A stretch of 32,000 nucleotides of DNA from Nitratidesulfovibrio vulgaris str. Hildenborough (GTDB taxonomy: Bacteria; Desulfobacterota; Desulfovibrionia; Desulfovibrionales; Desulfovibrionaceae): NCBI RefSeq assembly GCF_000195755.1, contig NC_002937.3:1350001-1382000 (forward strand), in the 5' to 3' direction. Positions 17,013 through 26,875 of the stretch are shown piece after piece. A program made the position numbers and the translations under genes. Numbering within the stretch: position 1 is the stretch's first letter; every line of letters begins with the position of its first letter. The notes beneath the pieces are model-generated. The model saw only the letters and a list, made by a program, of their open reading frames with translations, was not told where the DNA came from and ran no database searches.

Positions 17013-18928
17013 ACCAGTTTGAGGGTGGCTACGAACTGGAGCGTTTCAGCCCCGAGGCCGCTTTCGGCCCCCTTCTTCTCGACGGTGACAGACAGGACGA
17101 GAGGCGAACGCTCAAGGCGGTAGAGAAAATCGGCAAGAGCCGCCTCTCGCTGTAGTATGTCGCCGCTTACGGTTCCGGTGACGATGGCCATGGCGGAACC
17201 CTGTACCTTCTCGTCCGCCTGCGCTGGCTTCTTGCCGCTGGTGGCGGGTTGTGGTTCGACCCGCGTAAGACGCACCCCCGAAAGGCGCACGGCCTCGGGG
17301 GTGACGCTGGAGAGTTCAGAGACGAAGGCGACGCCGACCTGATGCTCACTAAGGGCACGCACGGCCTTGCGTAACGACTGGACCTGCACGGAGGCGAGCA
17401 TCATCTTCTGTTCGTCCATGGTCTCGCCGAACGCTGCCAGCTTCTGGCGCAGCTCTTGCTGTCTGTGCTTCGCCGCCGCAAGTTGTGTGCCCGTGTAGGA
17501 GGCGAACACCGCCGTCAGCGCAACGGCGACGGCACTGCCTATGGCGATGTGGCGGCACAGACGCAGGCGTTTGTCTTCCTGACGGCGTTCGCGGAAGGTG
17601 TGCACACAGTTCTGCGTGCGTCCTTCATGCGAGAGCGAGAGGCCTATCGCCCACACCGTCTCGCGATGTTCGGCGGGCAGCTTGGCGAGGTCGAGTTCCG
17701 CTCCCGGCGTCATGGCACCGCGCAACGAGTGCAGGCTTGCGCAGGGGAGTCCCAGATATTGCGAAAACTGCTCGAGAAGCGGGCGGAGGCAGCCACCGGG
17801 GGTGGCCACGAAGAGCTTCGAAATCTGAGGGTAGCCGAGAGTGTTGGTGAAATGCCCCATGGTGCGTTCAAGCTGACGCAGCAGACGGTCGATGGCAGGG
17901 GCGATGCGCTCGTGAAGCGCGTCGATACTGTGGGTGAGCGGGGTGGCGACGGCGCACTGCATGTCACCCATGGACTCTTCGAGCAGACGTTCGCGGACTT
18001 GCGCCTCGCCGGGGATGTTGGCGGGCACGTCCTGCCCTGCCGGGGGCATATCCGCGAAGACCGGGGTCGGCATGTACGATTCGACGACGGCGCGGATGAT
18101 GCTCGCAAAGCCTGTCTTGACGACGCGGCTTACCATCACCGAAGTGCCGGAGTAGATGTCGATGCGCGTCCAGTCTTCATCCATATGCACAACGGCGTAT
18201 TGCTCGCATCCGGCAGAGACCCAGCCTGAACTGAACAGGTTCTGCATGGCGGCTGCGCGCGTGGTGACGCCCTTGAGGGCGAAGCCCGTTCGCTGGATGA
18301 TATTGCGCATGTCGTGCAGGGCGGCGCGTCCGGCGATGGTGGCAGACACTGGAAACTTGGGCACACCCTGTTCGATGAGTTCGTCTCCGATGACGCAATC
18401 GAACACCGACTGGCGTTCATCGAAGTCGTGTTCTTTCTTCGCTGTCCAGTAGGCGACTTCATCACGCTCTTTGGGGGGAACCTTGGCGATGCGAAAGTGC
18501 CACTGTTCTGCCTGTTCGTCAGGCAAGGCCGTCCAGATGTCTATGTCTGGCATGGTGCCGCAGAACTCTGAAATCTGCTTGCGGAGGAATACGGCGAAGG
18601 TATCGTCCCCGGGGCGCATCCCCGCCGGGATGGGGGTGACCTGTACCCCTTGCAGTACGGGAGGAGTGGCACTGCCAAGACGTGTCTCGGCAAGGAACAG
18701 GGTCTGGTTGCGCCATGCAACGCCAATCGTACGTCTGTCACGGCCGTTGGTGCCAAAGAGCGAAAACAGTCCGCCAGCGGGGCTGCTCTGCGGGCGTGCC
18801 GCAGCAGGACCGGCCCTGCCGTTGCGTATGATGTCGACAAGGCGCCCGGTCGCGGTTGCATCGGCTTTGAGACCCATCATCCACCATCCAGATAGTTCGT
18901 GTATCAGCGCGGGTGCGGGGGAGAGCAC
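17009..18928 (-). CDS. PilM::PilN fusion (GspL-like architecture)
   Basis: aa ~53-440 look like an actin-like PilM fold (LFSLFGTNGRDRRTIGVAW..., KLFVATPGG). TM at aa 460-478 (about nt 17495-17551). A coiled coil and PilN-like periplasmic domain follow. Start is GTG 18928 or ATG 18880/18877. Confidence 0.7.
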   Translation of the reverse strand: MLSPAPALIHELSGWWMMGLKADATATGRLVDIIRNGRAGPAAARPQSSPAGGLFSLFGTNGRDRRTIGVAWRNQTLFLAETRLGSATPPVLQGVQVTPIPAGMRPGDDTFAVFLRKQISEFCGTMPDIDIWTALPDEQAEQWHFRIAKVPPKERDEVAYWTAKKEHDFDERQSVFDCVIGDELIEQGVPKFPVSATIAGRAALHDMRNIIQRTGFALKGVTTRAAAMQNLFSSGWVSAGCEQYAVVHMDEDWTRIDIYSGTSVMVSRVVKTGFASIIRAVVESYMPTPVFADMPPAGQDVPANIPGEAQVRERLLEESMGDMQCAVATPLTHSIDALHERIAPAIDRLLRQLERTMGHFTNTLGYPQISKLFVATPGGCLRPLLEQFSQYLGLPCASLHSLRGAMTPGAELDLAKLPAEHRETVWAIGLSLSHEGRTQNCVHTFRERRQEDKRLRLCRHIAIGSAVAVALTAVFASYTGTQLAAAKHRQQELRQKLAAFGETMDEQKMMLASVQVQSLRKAVRALSEHQVGVAFVSELSSVTPEAVRLSGVRLTRVEPQPATSGKKPAQADEKVQGSAMAIVTGTVSGDILQREAALADFLYRLERSPLVLSVTVEKKGAESGLGAETLQFVATLKLV

Positions 18929-19470
18929 TTCTGCGGTTCAAGCAGACGGATTACGTCGCGTTGGCGGAACCTGATGCATGGGCAAGGTGGATGCCGCCGC
19001 CGTGCATGGCGTTGGCAAAGACACTCCACAGCACAAGAGGTCCGTAATCTGTAGCTTGGTTGCGTGTGAGGTCTTACATAAAACCCTTGCGCAAAGTCCC
19101 CCCCTGCGCTTTTGTCGGGCTTCTATGGCCTGCGGTTGAGCTATATGCCGTAGTTTTATGAGAATGCAAGAGTATTATAACTTTTTATGATGGCTGCTAT
19201 TTCTGCAGGTTCATGCATGAAAATGAAGCGACACTTCATTTGTATACTGTGAAACTGTTGATTTGGCGAAGACGTGGCTGGGGCCATGTGACCACAACGA
19301 CTCTGCCACGTCGCTGTGGGATTGCGGCTAGTGGTGGGGCTGCCGTTTGAACGAGTCAAGATGTGAAGAGATGTGAAAGTCGTTAAAAAACGTTGTGTTA
19401 TTGCGGTGAAGGCCCTTTCGCCGGGGGCATTCACATCACACACCGTGACTGATGGCTGAATGCGGATATG

Positions 19471-19491
19471 AAAAAAGCCCGTTGCCGGGCT
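19471..19491 (-). terminator. Rho-independent terminator of selC
   Basis: On the minus strand: agcccg-gcaa-cgggct hairpin followed by TTTTTT, beginning 12 nt after the tRNA CCA end. Confidence 0.7.
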
Positions 19492-19502
19492 TGGTATGCT
19501 AT

Positions 19503-19596
19503 TGGCGGAAGCGTATAGGAGTCGAACCTACCGTAGACCTCTCGACCTACCACCGGTTTTGAAGACCGGGCCTATCACCGGATAGAAAACGCTTCC
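19503..19596 (-). tRNA. selC: tRNA-Sec (anticodon UCA)
   Basis: 94 nt: GGAAGCGT...ACGCTTCC-G-CCA gives an 8-bp acceptor stem. 6-bp D stem (TCTATC/GATAGG) with a 4-nt loop. Anticodon loop CTTCAAA. Long variable arm (GTAGGTC-GAGA-GGTCTAC). T-loop GGTTCGACTCC. Close in layout to E. coli selC. Confidence 0.95.
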
Positions 19597-19902
19597 AGAA
19601 AAAGGACATGTACCTCAAAGAGGGCATTATTTCAAGCGGGAAGCGCTTCTGTGTGCGGATGCCATTCCTTGCCGGAGGATTCGTGAGCGTGGACAGATGA
19701 TGTCTCTTCGCAGTGCGTCGGGTGAGAATGTTGCAAAAAAGGCGTGACAGGGGGGGCGCACAGTTGCTGGGCCGGTTGCTGATGGTTGGGTGGCAGATGG
19801 TTGCAGAAGCGGGCGATGTCGCCGGTGGGGTGCGCTGAAGGGTTTTTCAGGCGTCCCATCTGTGGTGCGCAGGCATAAAAAGGCTTTTCCTGCACGAGAA
19901 CA

Positions 19903-19931
19903 TTGTCAAACCGTGACAGGCGACTTAGTAT
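19903..19931 (+). promoter_or_regulatory. Candidate sigma70-type promoter for the ftsH operon
   Basis: TTGTCA, exactly 17 nt, then TAGTAT, about 55 nt upstream of the ftsH start. Sequence pattern only. Confidence 0.3.
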
Positions 19932-19985
19932 CTACCGACACCCGCAGGGTGCTCACAAAGAACACAAGCCATCCGGAGGCACGCA

Positions 19986-21956
19986 TTGAACCAGTTTTCG
20001 CGGAACCTGGTGCTCTGGGCGACCATATCGCTGTTGATGGTCGTTCTGTTCAACCTGTTCAATCAACCACAGGGCACGCAGCAGAGGGTCACCTATAGCG
20101 AGTTCCTGCAAAGGGTCGAGAAGGGCGAGGTCGTCGAGGTCACCATCCAGGGGCAGAAGCTCTCTGGCAAGACCACCGAAGGCAAACCCTTCCAGACATT
20201 TGCGCCCGAAGATCCCTCGCTGGTAAGCCGCCTCCTCGACAAGAAGATCGAAGTCAAGGCAGAACCGCAGGAAGAGGCCGCGTGGTACATGACGCTGCTC
20301 GTTTCGTGGTTCCCCATGCTTCTTCTTATTGGTGTGTGGATTTTCTTCATGCGTCAGATGCAGGGCGGCGGTGGCAAGGCCATGTCGTTCGGGCGTTCTC
20401 GTGCGCGCATGATCACGCAGGAGTCGGCACGCGTCACTTTCGAGGACGTTGCCGGTGTCGATGAGGCAAAAGAGGAACTCAGCGAGGTCGTCGAGTTCCT
20501 GTCCAACCCACGCAAGTTCACCCGCCTCGGCGGGCGCATCCCCAAGGGTGTGCTGCTTGTCGGTCCTCCCGGTACGGGCAAGACGCTGCTGGCGCGGGCT
20601 GTTGCCGGTGAGGCAGGGGTGCCCTTCTTCTCCATCTCCGGTTCGGACTTCGTGGAGATGTTCGTGGGCGTGGGCGCCTCGCGCGTGCGCGACCTGTTCA
20701 TGCAGGGCAAGAAGAACGCGCCGTGCCTCATCTTCATCGATGAAATCGACGCAGTCGGTCGTCAGCGTGGTGCTGGCCTTGGCGGCGGCCATGACGAACG
20801 TGAGCAGACTCTCAACCAGCTGCTGGTGGAGATGGACGGCTTCGAATCCAACGAGGGCGTCATACTCATCGCAGCCACCAACCGCCCCGACGTCCTCGAC
20901 CCGGCGTTGCTGCGCCCCGGTCGTTTCGACAGGCAGGTGGTCGTGCCCACACCGGACGTGCGCGGTCGCAAGCGCATCCTTGAAGTGCACGGCAGGCGCA
21001 CCCCGCTGTCCAGCGGGGTCAACCTCGAGATCATCGCCAAGGGCACCCCGGGCTTTTCCGGTGCCGACCTTGAGAACCTCGTCAACGAAGCCGCGTTGCA
21101 GGCTGCAAAGCTCAACAAGGACGTCGTGGACATGGGGGATTTCGAGTACGCCAAGGACAAGGTCCTGATGGGCAAAGAGCGTCGCAGCCTCATCCTGAGC
21201 GATGAAGAGAAGCGCATCACGGCCTACCATGAAGCCGGTCACGCCCTTGCTGCCAAGCTCATTCCCGGTTCAGACCCCATCCACAAGGTCACCATCATCC
21301 CCCGCGGCAGGGCTCTTGGCGTTACCATGCAGTTGCCGGAAGGCGACAGGCACGGCTATTCGCGCAACTACCTGCTGGGGAACCTCGTGGTACTGCTTGG
21401 CGGACGTGTCGCGGAGGAGATCATCTTCTCAGACGTGACCACAGGTGCAGGCAACGATATCGATCGGGCCACCAAGATGGCTCGCAAGATGGTCTGCGAA
21501 TGGGGCATGAGCGAGGCCATCGGCCCGCTGGCCATCGGTGAACAGGGTGAAGAGGTGTTCATCGGGCGTGAATGGGCCCACTCGCGCAATTTCAGCGAGG
21601 AGACGGCACGTCTGGTCGACGCCGAGGTCAAGCGCATCATCGAAGAGGCTCGCCAGCGTTGCCACACCCTGCTTGAAGAGAACCTGACTGCCCTGCACGA
21701 CATCGCCAATGCCTTGCTGGAACGCGAGACCATCAGTGGTGATGACATCGACATCCTCATGCGTGGCGAGAAGCTGCCTCCCGAAAGGGGAAACGGCGGG
21801 GCCCCGGCAAACTCCGGGACGACACCGCCAGCAGGGAACGCCACGGACGGGGCAAAGGCCGCGCAGTCGCCGCAGGCTTCGGAAGACGCCGCTACCCCGG
21901 CCGAGGAGTTCACCCTCGAAGCTGAAGAACCCGAAAAGAGGGACGACCGCGCATGA
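19986..21956 (+). CDS. ftsH: ATP-dependent zinc metalloprotease FtsH
   Basis: Two N-terminal TMs. AAA module [18 protein letters not shown], Walker [13 protein letters not shown] region, HEAGHA zinc site. TTG start at 19986 with GGAGG 8 nt upstream. Confidence 0.95.
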   Translation: MNQFSRNLVLWATISLLMVVLFNLFNQPQGTQQRVTYSEFLQRVEKGEVVEVTIQGQKLSGKTTEGKPFQTFAPEDPSLVSRLLDKKIEVKAEPQEEAAWYMTLLVSWFPMLLLIGVWIFFMRQMQGGGGKAMSFGRSRARMITQESARVTFEDVAGVDEAKEELSEVVEFLSNPRKFTRLGGRIPKGVLLVGPPGTGKTLLARAVAGEAGVPFFSISGSDFVEMFVGVGASRVRDLFMQGKKNAPCLIFIDEIDAVGRQRGAGLGGGHDEREQTLNQLLVEMDGFESNEGVILIAATNRPDVLDPALLRPGRFDRQVVVPTPDVRGRKRILEVHGRRTPLSSGVNLEIIAKGTPGFSGADLENLVNEAALQAAKLNKDVVDMGDFEYAKDKVLMGKERRSLILSDEEKRITAYHEAGHALAAKLIPGSDPIHKVTIIPRGRALGVTMQLPEGDRHGYSRNYLLGNLVVLLGGRVAEEIIFSDVTTGAGNDIDRATKMARKMVCEWGMSEAIGPLAIGEQGEEVFIGREWAHSRNFSEETARLVDAEVKRIIEEARQRCHTLLEENLTALHDIANALLERETISGDDIDILMRGEKLPPERGNGGAPANSGTTPPAGNATDGAKAAQSPQASEDAATPAEEFTLEAEEPEKRDDRA

Positions 21957-22813
21957 GCGCAGACGGACTCTGGATATTGAAGGGGGGCAGGGAGTTTCGC
22001 CCTGCCCCTTTTTGCGTTTATGGCATCGTCAACGTCACTCCCGATTCGTTCTACGACGGGGGGCAGCACGAGACGACCGAGGCCGCAGTCCAACATGGTC
22101 GAAGACTTGTTGACGATGGGGCGCACATCCTGGACATCGGGGCCGAGTCGTCTCGACCCTACGCCGCCCCGGTCTCACTTGAGGAAGAACTCGCGCGTGT
22201 CCTGCCCGTTGTCGACGGTCTGAAAGGTCTGCGTGACGTTGCGGGCCTGCCCGTACCCCTTTCGGTAGACACGTACAAGGCGGCAACCGCCGTGGCAGTC
22301 CTCGACGCGGGGGCGGACATCATCAACGATATTTCCGCCTGTGCCTTCGACCCTGCCCTGCGTGACGTGGTGGCACAGTACCGCCCCGGCTACGTCCTGA
22401 TGCACAGTCTGGGCAAGCCCGGCACGATGCAGGATGCCCCCACGTATGCCGATGTCGTTGATGACATCCTCGCCTTCTTCGAACGGGAGATGGCAGCCCT
22501 CACCGCTGCTGGCTTGCCGGAGGGGCATATTGTGCTCGACCCCGGTATCGGCTTCGGCAAGACGATGGAGCATAATTTCGACATCCTGCGTCACATCGAG
22601 CGCTTTTCGACCCTGGGGCGGCCCGTATTCATGGGACTTTCGAACAAGTCGCTCTTCGGTGCGCTGCTTGGTCTGGCCCCGCATGAGCGAGGCACTGCGA
22701 CGCAGGTGGCCACAGCCCTTCTCGCCGGGCGCGGAGTGCGGTATCACCGCGTTCATGACGTTGTCGCCACGGTGCACACCTTGCGCCTTGTGGCTGCCAT
22801 GGGCGCCGTCTAG
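21953..22813 (+). CDS. folP: Dihydropteroate synthase
   Basis: GIVNVTPDSFYDGG, DIGAESSRP and GIGFGK motifs. ATGA overlap with the ftsH stop. Confidence 0.9.
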   Translation: MSADGLWILKGGREFRPAPFCVYGIVNVTPDSFYDGGQHETTEAAVQHGRRLVDDGAHILDIGAESSRPYAAPVSLEEELARVLPVVDGLKGLRDVAGLPVPLSVDTYKAATAVAVLDAGADIINDISACAFDPALRDVVAQYRPGYVLMHSLGKPGTMQDAPTYADVVDDILAFFEREMAALTAAGLPEGHIVLDPGIGFGKTMEHNFDILRHIERFSTLGRPVFMGLSNKSLFGALLGLAPHERGTATQVATALLAGRGVRYHRVHDVVATVHTLRLVAAMGAV

Positions 22814-22821
22814 GAGTATTC

Positions 22822-23568
22822 ATGCTGCTGTTCGATACCGTCACCGTGGGCTGGCGCGACTTGCTCGATATGGCACTCGTGGCTGTCCTCTTCTATCGTG
22901 TCATCCTGCTGGTGAAGGACACCCGTGCCGTTTCAGCCATCTATGGTCTGCTACTGCTGGTCGTCGTCTACTTCGTCTCGCGGGAACTCGGCCTCTACAC
23001 GCTCGGCTGGCTGCTTGAGAACTTCCTCGGGTCGTTGTTCCTCGTCATCATCGTGCTCTTCCAGAGAGACATCCGGCAGGCACTCACGGACATGGGGGCT
23101 CGAAGTTTCCGGCGGCGACGCTCCACAGAAGACGAGCATCTCAATGAAATCATCGGGGCGGCACTGTATCTTGCACAGCGGCGTATCGGAGCGCTCATCG
23201 TCATCGAACGCAATGTGGCGCTCGGCGACATGCTCGAACGCGGCGTGAAGTTGGGGGCACAGGTCTCGCGCGAGTTGCTCATCACCATCTTTTTTCCGAA
23301 GACCCCGCTTCATGACGGGGCAGTTATCATTCGCGGACGGGAGATAGCCGCTGCCGCCTGCATACTTCCGCTGGCCGCCGTCACCGAACGGCAGGACTTC
23401 GGCACGCGCCACCGCGCTGCGCTGGGCATCACCGAAGAGAGTGACGCGGTTGCCGTCGTCGTCTCGGAAGAACGGGGGGCCATCACGGTTGCCGTGGGTG
23501 GCAAGCTGACGACCAGTCTCGATGCGACGCGGCTCAAGCGCGTGCTACGCAACATACTGGAGAAGTAG
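22822..23568 (+). CDS. cdaA: Diadenylate cyclase CdaA (DisA_N/DAC domain, three N-terminal TMs)
   Basis: GALIVIER, DGAVIIRG and TRHRAALGITEESDAVAVVVSEERG motifs. GGAG RBS. Confidence 0.88.
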   Translation: MLLFDTVTVGWRDLLDMALVAVLFYRVILLVKDTRAVSAIYGLLLLVVVYFVSRELGLYTLGWLLENFLGSLFLVIIVLFQRDIRQALTDMGARSFRRRRSTEDEHLNEIIGAALYLAQRRIGALIVIERNVALGDMLERGVKLGAQVSRELLITIFFPKTPLHDGAVIIRGREIAAAACILPLAAVTERQDFGTRHRAALGITEESDAVAVVVSEERGAITVAVGGKLTTSLDATRLKRVLRNILEK

Positions 23569-23569
23569 G

Positions 23570-24472
23570 ATGCGCTCCAACTGGCTGTATATGCTCATGG
23601 CCTGTGTCATGTCGGTGACGATGTGGTACATGGTTACCGGACAAGAGCGTGTCGAAACGCTCATCGAAGTGCGCGTCGAATTCAAGGGGATGCCTGCGGG
23701 ATTGATCGTGCGCGACGGTCTCGTCAAGAAAGTCTCCGTGCGTCTGCGTGGCCCCAAGGGACTCATGCGGTCCATCAATGAGGCGAGTCTCACCTACGCC
23801 GTAGACCTTTCCACACTGAAGAAGGGAACGTCCATCGTACCGGTCGTAGTCGAGAAACTGCCCATCACGCGAGCTTTCGAGGTCGTGGAGGTGACGCCAT
23901 CCCGGCTGGTGCTTGAGGTCGATAGCGTGGCAGAACGTGAAGTCCCCGTCGATGCGCGTGTGACAGGGACGGTGGCGCCGGACGTGGTGGTCGAAGGGCT
24001 GCGGTTCACTCCTGCCAAGGTCAGGGTGCGTGGGCCTGAAAGCGTGGTGGATGCCTTGCGTAAACTCCACGCCGAGGTTCCGCCTCCTCCGGCTGATACC
24101 GTTGGGGATGTCCTCGTGGACGTGCCTGTGGTCGTTCCTGAACTTGTCGAAAGCACCCCGGCGCAGTTGCAGGTTGCCTACAGGGTCACCATCGCCCGAC
24201 GTGAGGTCGTTCTTTCGCGGCAGGTGCGCTTCGATGACATACAGGGGCTTCGCATCAAGGTCGCCCCGGCCAAGGTGTCCATCAGGGCCGAATTGCCCCG
24301 GTCGCAGGCTTCCGACGCAGAGGTGCTCAAGAGTATCGAAGCCCGGATAGAACTTCCGGAAGATGTGGCACCGGGAGTGCTGCACCTGCCGGTGCATACG
24401 GTATCCCCCGACGGTGTTCGCGTGGACGAGGTCGTCCCCGACACCGTAACGGTGACAATTCAGAAGAGATAG
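23570..24472 (+). CDS. cdaR: YbbR-domain protein CdaR (CdaA regulator)
   Basis: ORF trimmed to the ATG at 23570, 1 nt after the cdaA stop. N-terminal TM plus repeated beta-rich YbbR-like segments. Conserved position between cdaA and glmM. Confidence 0.7.
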   Translation: MRSNWLYMLMACVMSVTMWYMVTGQERVETLIEVRVEFKGMPAGLIVRDGLVKKVSVRLRGPKGLMRSINEASLTYAVDLSTLKKGTSIVPVVVEKLPITRAFEVVEVTPSRLVLEVDSVAEREVPVDARVTGTVAPDVVVEGLRFTPAKVRVRGPESVVDALRKLHAEVPPPPADTVGDVLVDVPVVVPELVESTPAQLQVAYRVTIARREVVLSRQVRFDDIQGLRIKVAPAKVSIRAELPRSQASDAEVLKSIEARIELPEDVAPGVLHLPVHTVSPDGVRVDEVVPDTVTVTIQKR

Positions 24473-24531
24473 GCTATCTGCCCGTTGCCCTGCGGGGCCT
24501 CGGCAGGCATTGCACTTCAGGAGAATGACAT

Positions 24532-25884
24532 ATGGGCAGAAGGCTTTTCGGCACTGACGGTCTGCGCGGACAGGTCAACATATACCCTATGACCGCCGAT
24601 ATGGCGTTGCGACTTGGCCTCGCAGCGGGCACGCGTTTCCGCAATGGCAATCGCAGACATCGTGTCGTCATCGGAAAGGACACGCGGCTTTCGGGCTACA
24701 TGTTCGAGTCGGCCCTCACCGCTGGCTTGTGCGCTGCGGGCATGGATGTCTTTCAGGTGGGGCCGCTGCCTACACCCGCCATCTCGTTCCTGACCCGCAA
24801 TATGCGGGCTGACCTCGGAGTGGTCATCTCCGCTTCGCATAATCCCTTCATGGATAACGGTATCAAGTTCTTCGACCGTTCCGGCTTCAAACTGCCCGAC
24901 GATGTCGAGAACCAGATGACCGACATGGTCCTCGACCCGGACTGGCAGTGGGATTATCCCGCGTCGGAGAAGGTCGGGCGTGCCTACAAGATTGCAGACG
25001 CACCCGGTCGCTACATCGTCTACATCAAGAGCAGCTTCCCCGCAGACCTCACCCTCGACGGGTTGCGTGTCGTCATCGACTGCGCCAACGGGGCGAACTA
25101 CAAGGTCGCTCCCCTCGCGCTGGAGGAACTCGGCGCAGAGGTGATCAAACTGGGCACGGAACCAAACGGACTCAACATCAACCACCAGTGCGGGTCGCTC
25201 TATCCGGAAGTGGTCGCTGCAAAAGTGCGCGAGACCCGCGCCGACATCGGTCTCGCACTCGACGGTGACGCCGACAGGCTGATTGTCGTGGACGAGAAGG
25301 GCACCATTCTGGATGGCGACCAGATCATGGCCCTTTGCGCCCAGGACCTCATGGCCAAGGGAAAGCTTCCCGGCAATATGCTGGTCGCCACCGTCATGAG
25401 CAACATGGCGCTCGAAGTCTTCATGAAGGAGCATGGCGGCACCCTGCTGCGTACAGCCGTTGGCGACCGCTACGTGGTCGAGGCCATGCGCCAGCATGGA
25501 GCCCTGCTGGGGGGAGAACAGTCCGGGCATCTCATCTTCCGCGAGTACAGCACCACGGGCGACGGCCTTCTGGCGGCCCTGCAGATTTTGCGCATCATGC
25601 GCGAACGCGGTAAGCCTCTGTCCGAACTGGCTGGACAGTTGCAGCTTTTCCCGCAGCAGCTTATCAATGTCCATGTGGAGCGGAAGATACCCTTCGCGGA
25701 GTGTCAGCCGGTTGCGGACGCGGTTGCAGCCATAGAAACCGAACTTGGCGACCGTGGGCGCGTCCTGCTGAGGTACTCCGGGACAGAATCCGTATGTCGG
25801 GTCATGGTCGAGGGTGAACACCCCGAACAGGTTGCCCGGCTTGCCGAGATGCTTGCAGAGACCGTGCAGAAGCATTTGCGCTAG
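24532..25884 (+). CDS. glmM: Phosphoglucosamine mutase
   Basis: FGTDGLRG, active-site [21 protein letters not shown] metal loop, GGEQSGH. AGGAGA RBS. Confidence 0.95.
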   Translation: MGRRLFGTDGLRGQVNIYPMTADMALRLGLAAGTRFRNGNRRHRVVIGKDTRLSGYMFESALTAGLCAAGMDVFQVGPLPTPAISFLTRNMRADLGVVISASHNPFMDNGIKFFDRSGFKLPDDVENQMTDMVLDPDWQWDYPASEKVGRAYKIADAPGRYIVYIKSSFPADLTLDGLRVVIDCANGANYKVAPLALEELGAEVIKLGTEPNGLNINHQCGSLYPEVVAAKVRETRADIGLALDGDADRLIVVDEKGTILDGDQIMALCAQDLMAKGKLPGNMLVATVMSNMALEVFMKEHGGTLLRTAVGDRYVVEAMRQHGALLGGEQSGHLIFREYSTTGDGLLAALQILRIMRERGKPLSELAGQLQLFPQQLINVHVERKIPFAECQPVADAVAAIETELGDRGRVLLRYSGTESVCRVMVEGEHPEQVARLAEMLAETVQKHLR

Positions 25885-25921
25885 ACCTCTTCAACGCCGT
25901 AGTTCCCTCGCGGAAAGGAGT

Positions 25922-26800
25922 ATGCCCGTGAACATACGCAAGGTGGTCATTCCTGTCGCAGGGTGGGGCACTCGGTCGCTTCCGGCGACCAAGAACATCC
26001 CCAAGGAGATGCTCCCGGTCTACAACAAGCCTGTGGTACAGTATGTCGTAGAAGAGGCGCAAAAGTCCGGTATTGGCGATGTCGTCTTCGTCACCAACCG
26101 GGACAAGAAGATCATCGAGGACCACTTCGACTACAACCTCCAGCTTGAATCCGTTCTCGAGCGTGCCGGCAAGACCGAAATGCTCCGGCAGGTGCGCGAG
26201 GTCGCCGAGATGGTGAACATCATCTCGGTGCGCCAGAAGAAGCAGCTTGGCCTTGGGCATGCCGTTCTTTGCGCACGTGAGATCGTCCGGGATGAACCCT
26301 TTGCCGTCATGGTGGGTGACGACCTGATGTTCGGCATGACGCCGGGTATCCAGCAACTCATCGATGTGGCTGTGGCAGAGCACTTGCCTGTCATCGGGGT
26401 CATGGAGGTTCCGGCCGACAAGGTCTCGCGTTACGGCATCATTGCGGGCGAGGAGACGGCCCCGGGCATCTACAAGGTTTCCCGCCTCGTCGAGAAGCCG
26501 AGCATCGCTGAAGCACCCTCACGCCTCGCCATCGTGGGGCGCTATGTCCTCACGCCGGATATCTTCGACAGCCTTGAAAAGGTGAAACCCGGACATGGTG
26601 GCGAGATTCAGCTCACCGATGCGTTGCAGAACCTTGCCGATGACAGGGGGCTGCTTGCCGTCAAGATTCGGGGCATGCGTTTCGACGCAGGCGACTGGGC
26701 CGAATATCTCACGGCCAATATCTATTTCGCACTTCAGGAAGAAGGCTTGCGCGACGACCTCATAAGTCAGTTGCGACCTCTCCTGCCTTTCCGTTGTTGA
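25922..26800 (+). CDS. galU: UTP-glucose-1-phosphate uridylyltransferase
   Basis: ORF trimmed to the ATG at 25922 (AAGGAG RBS). VIPVAGWGTRSLPATKNIPKEMLPV, GLGHAVLCA, VEKP motifs. Confidence 0.9.
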   Translation: MPVNIRKVVIPVAGWGTRSLPATKNIPKEMLPVYNKPVVQYVVEEAQKSGIGDVVFVTNRDKKIIEDHFDYNLQLESVLERAGKTEMLRQVREVAEMVNIISVRQKKQLGLGHAVLCAREIVRDEPFAVMVGDDLMFGMTPGIQQLIDVAVAEHLPVIGVMEVPADKVSRYGIIAGEETAPGIYKVSRLVEKPSIAEAPSRLAIVGRYVLTPDIFDSLEKVKPGHGGEIQLTDALQNLADDRGLLAVKIRGMRFDAGDWAEYLTANIYFALQEEGLRDDLISQLRPLLPFRC

Positions 26801-26804
26801 CACT

Positions 26805-26830
26805 GGTGCCCGGCTGCAAGGCCGGGCACC
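26805..26830 (+). terminator. Hairpin after galU (weak intrinsic terminator candidate)
   Basis: Perfect 10-bp stem ggtgcccggc/gccgggcacc with a 6-nt loop, followed by ttgctt (poor U-tract). Confidence 0.4.
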
Positions 26831-26875
26831 TTGCTTCGCCCCTCGGGGCCGACCTCTCAATCCCTCCCGGTCACC

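Noticed and set aside
19156-19443. 95-aa ORF in the AT-rich spacer, and the 87-aa ORF at 19632..19895
   Set aside because: No RBS or motifs, and atypical composition. They are more plausibly untranslated promoter or leader DNA.
19953-21242. 429-aa minus-strand ORF antisense to ftsH
   Set aside because: No motifs, and it fully overlaps a well-supported FtsH frame. GC-rich antisense artefact.
24517-25875. 452-aa minus-strand ORF antisense to glmM
   Set aside because: Same reasoning. The GlmM frame carries the active-site SASHNP and DGDADR motifs, and the antisense product is featureless.
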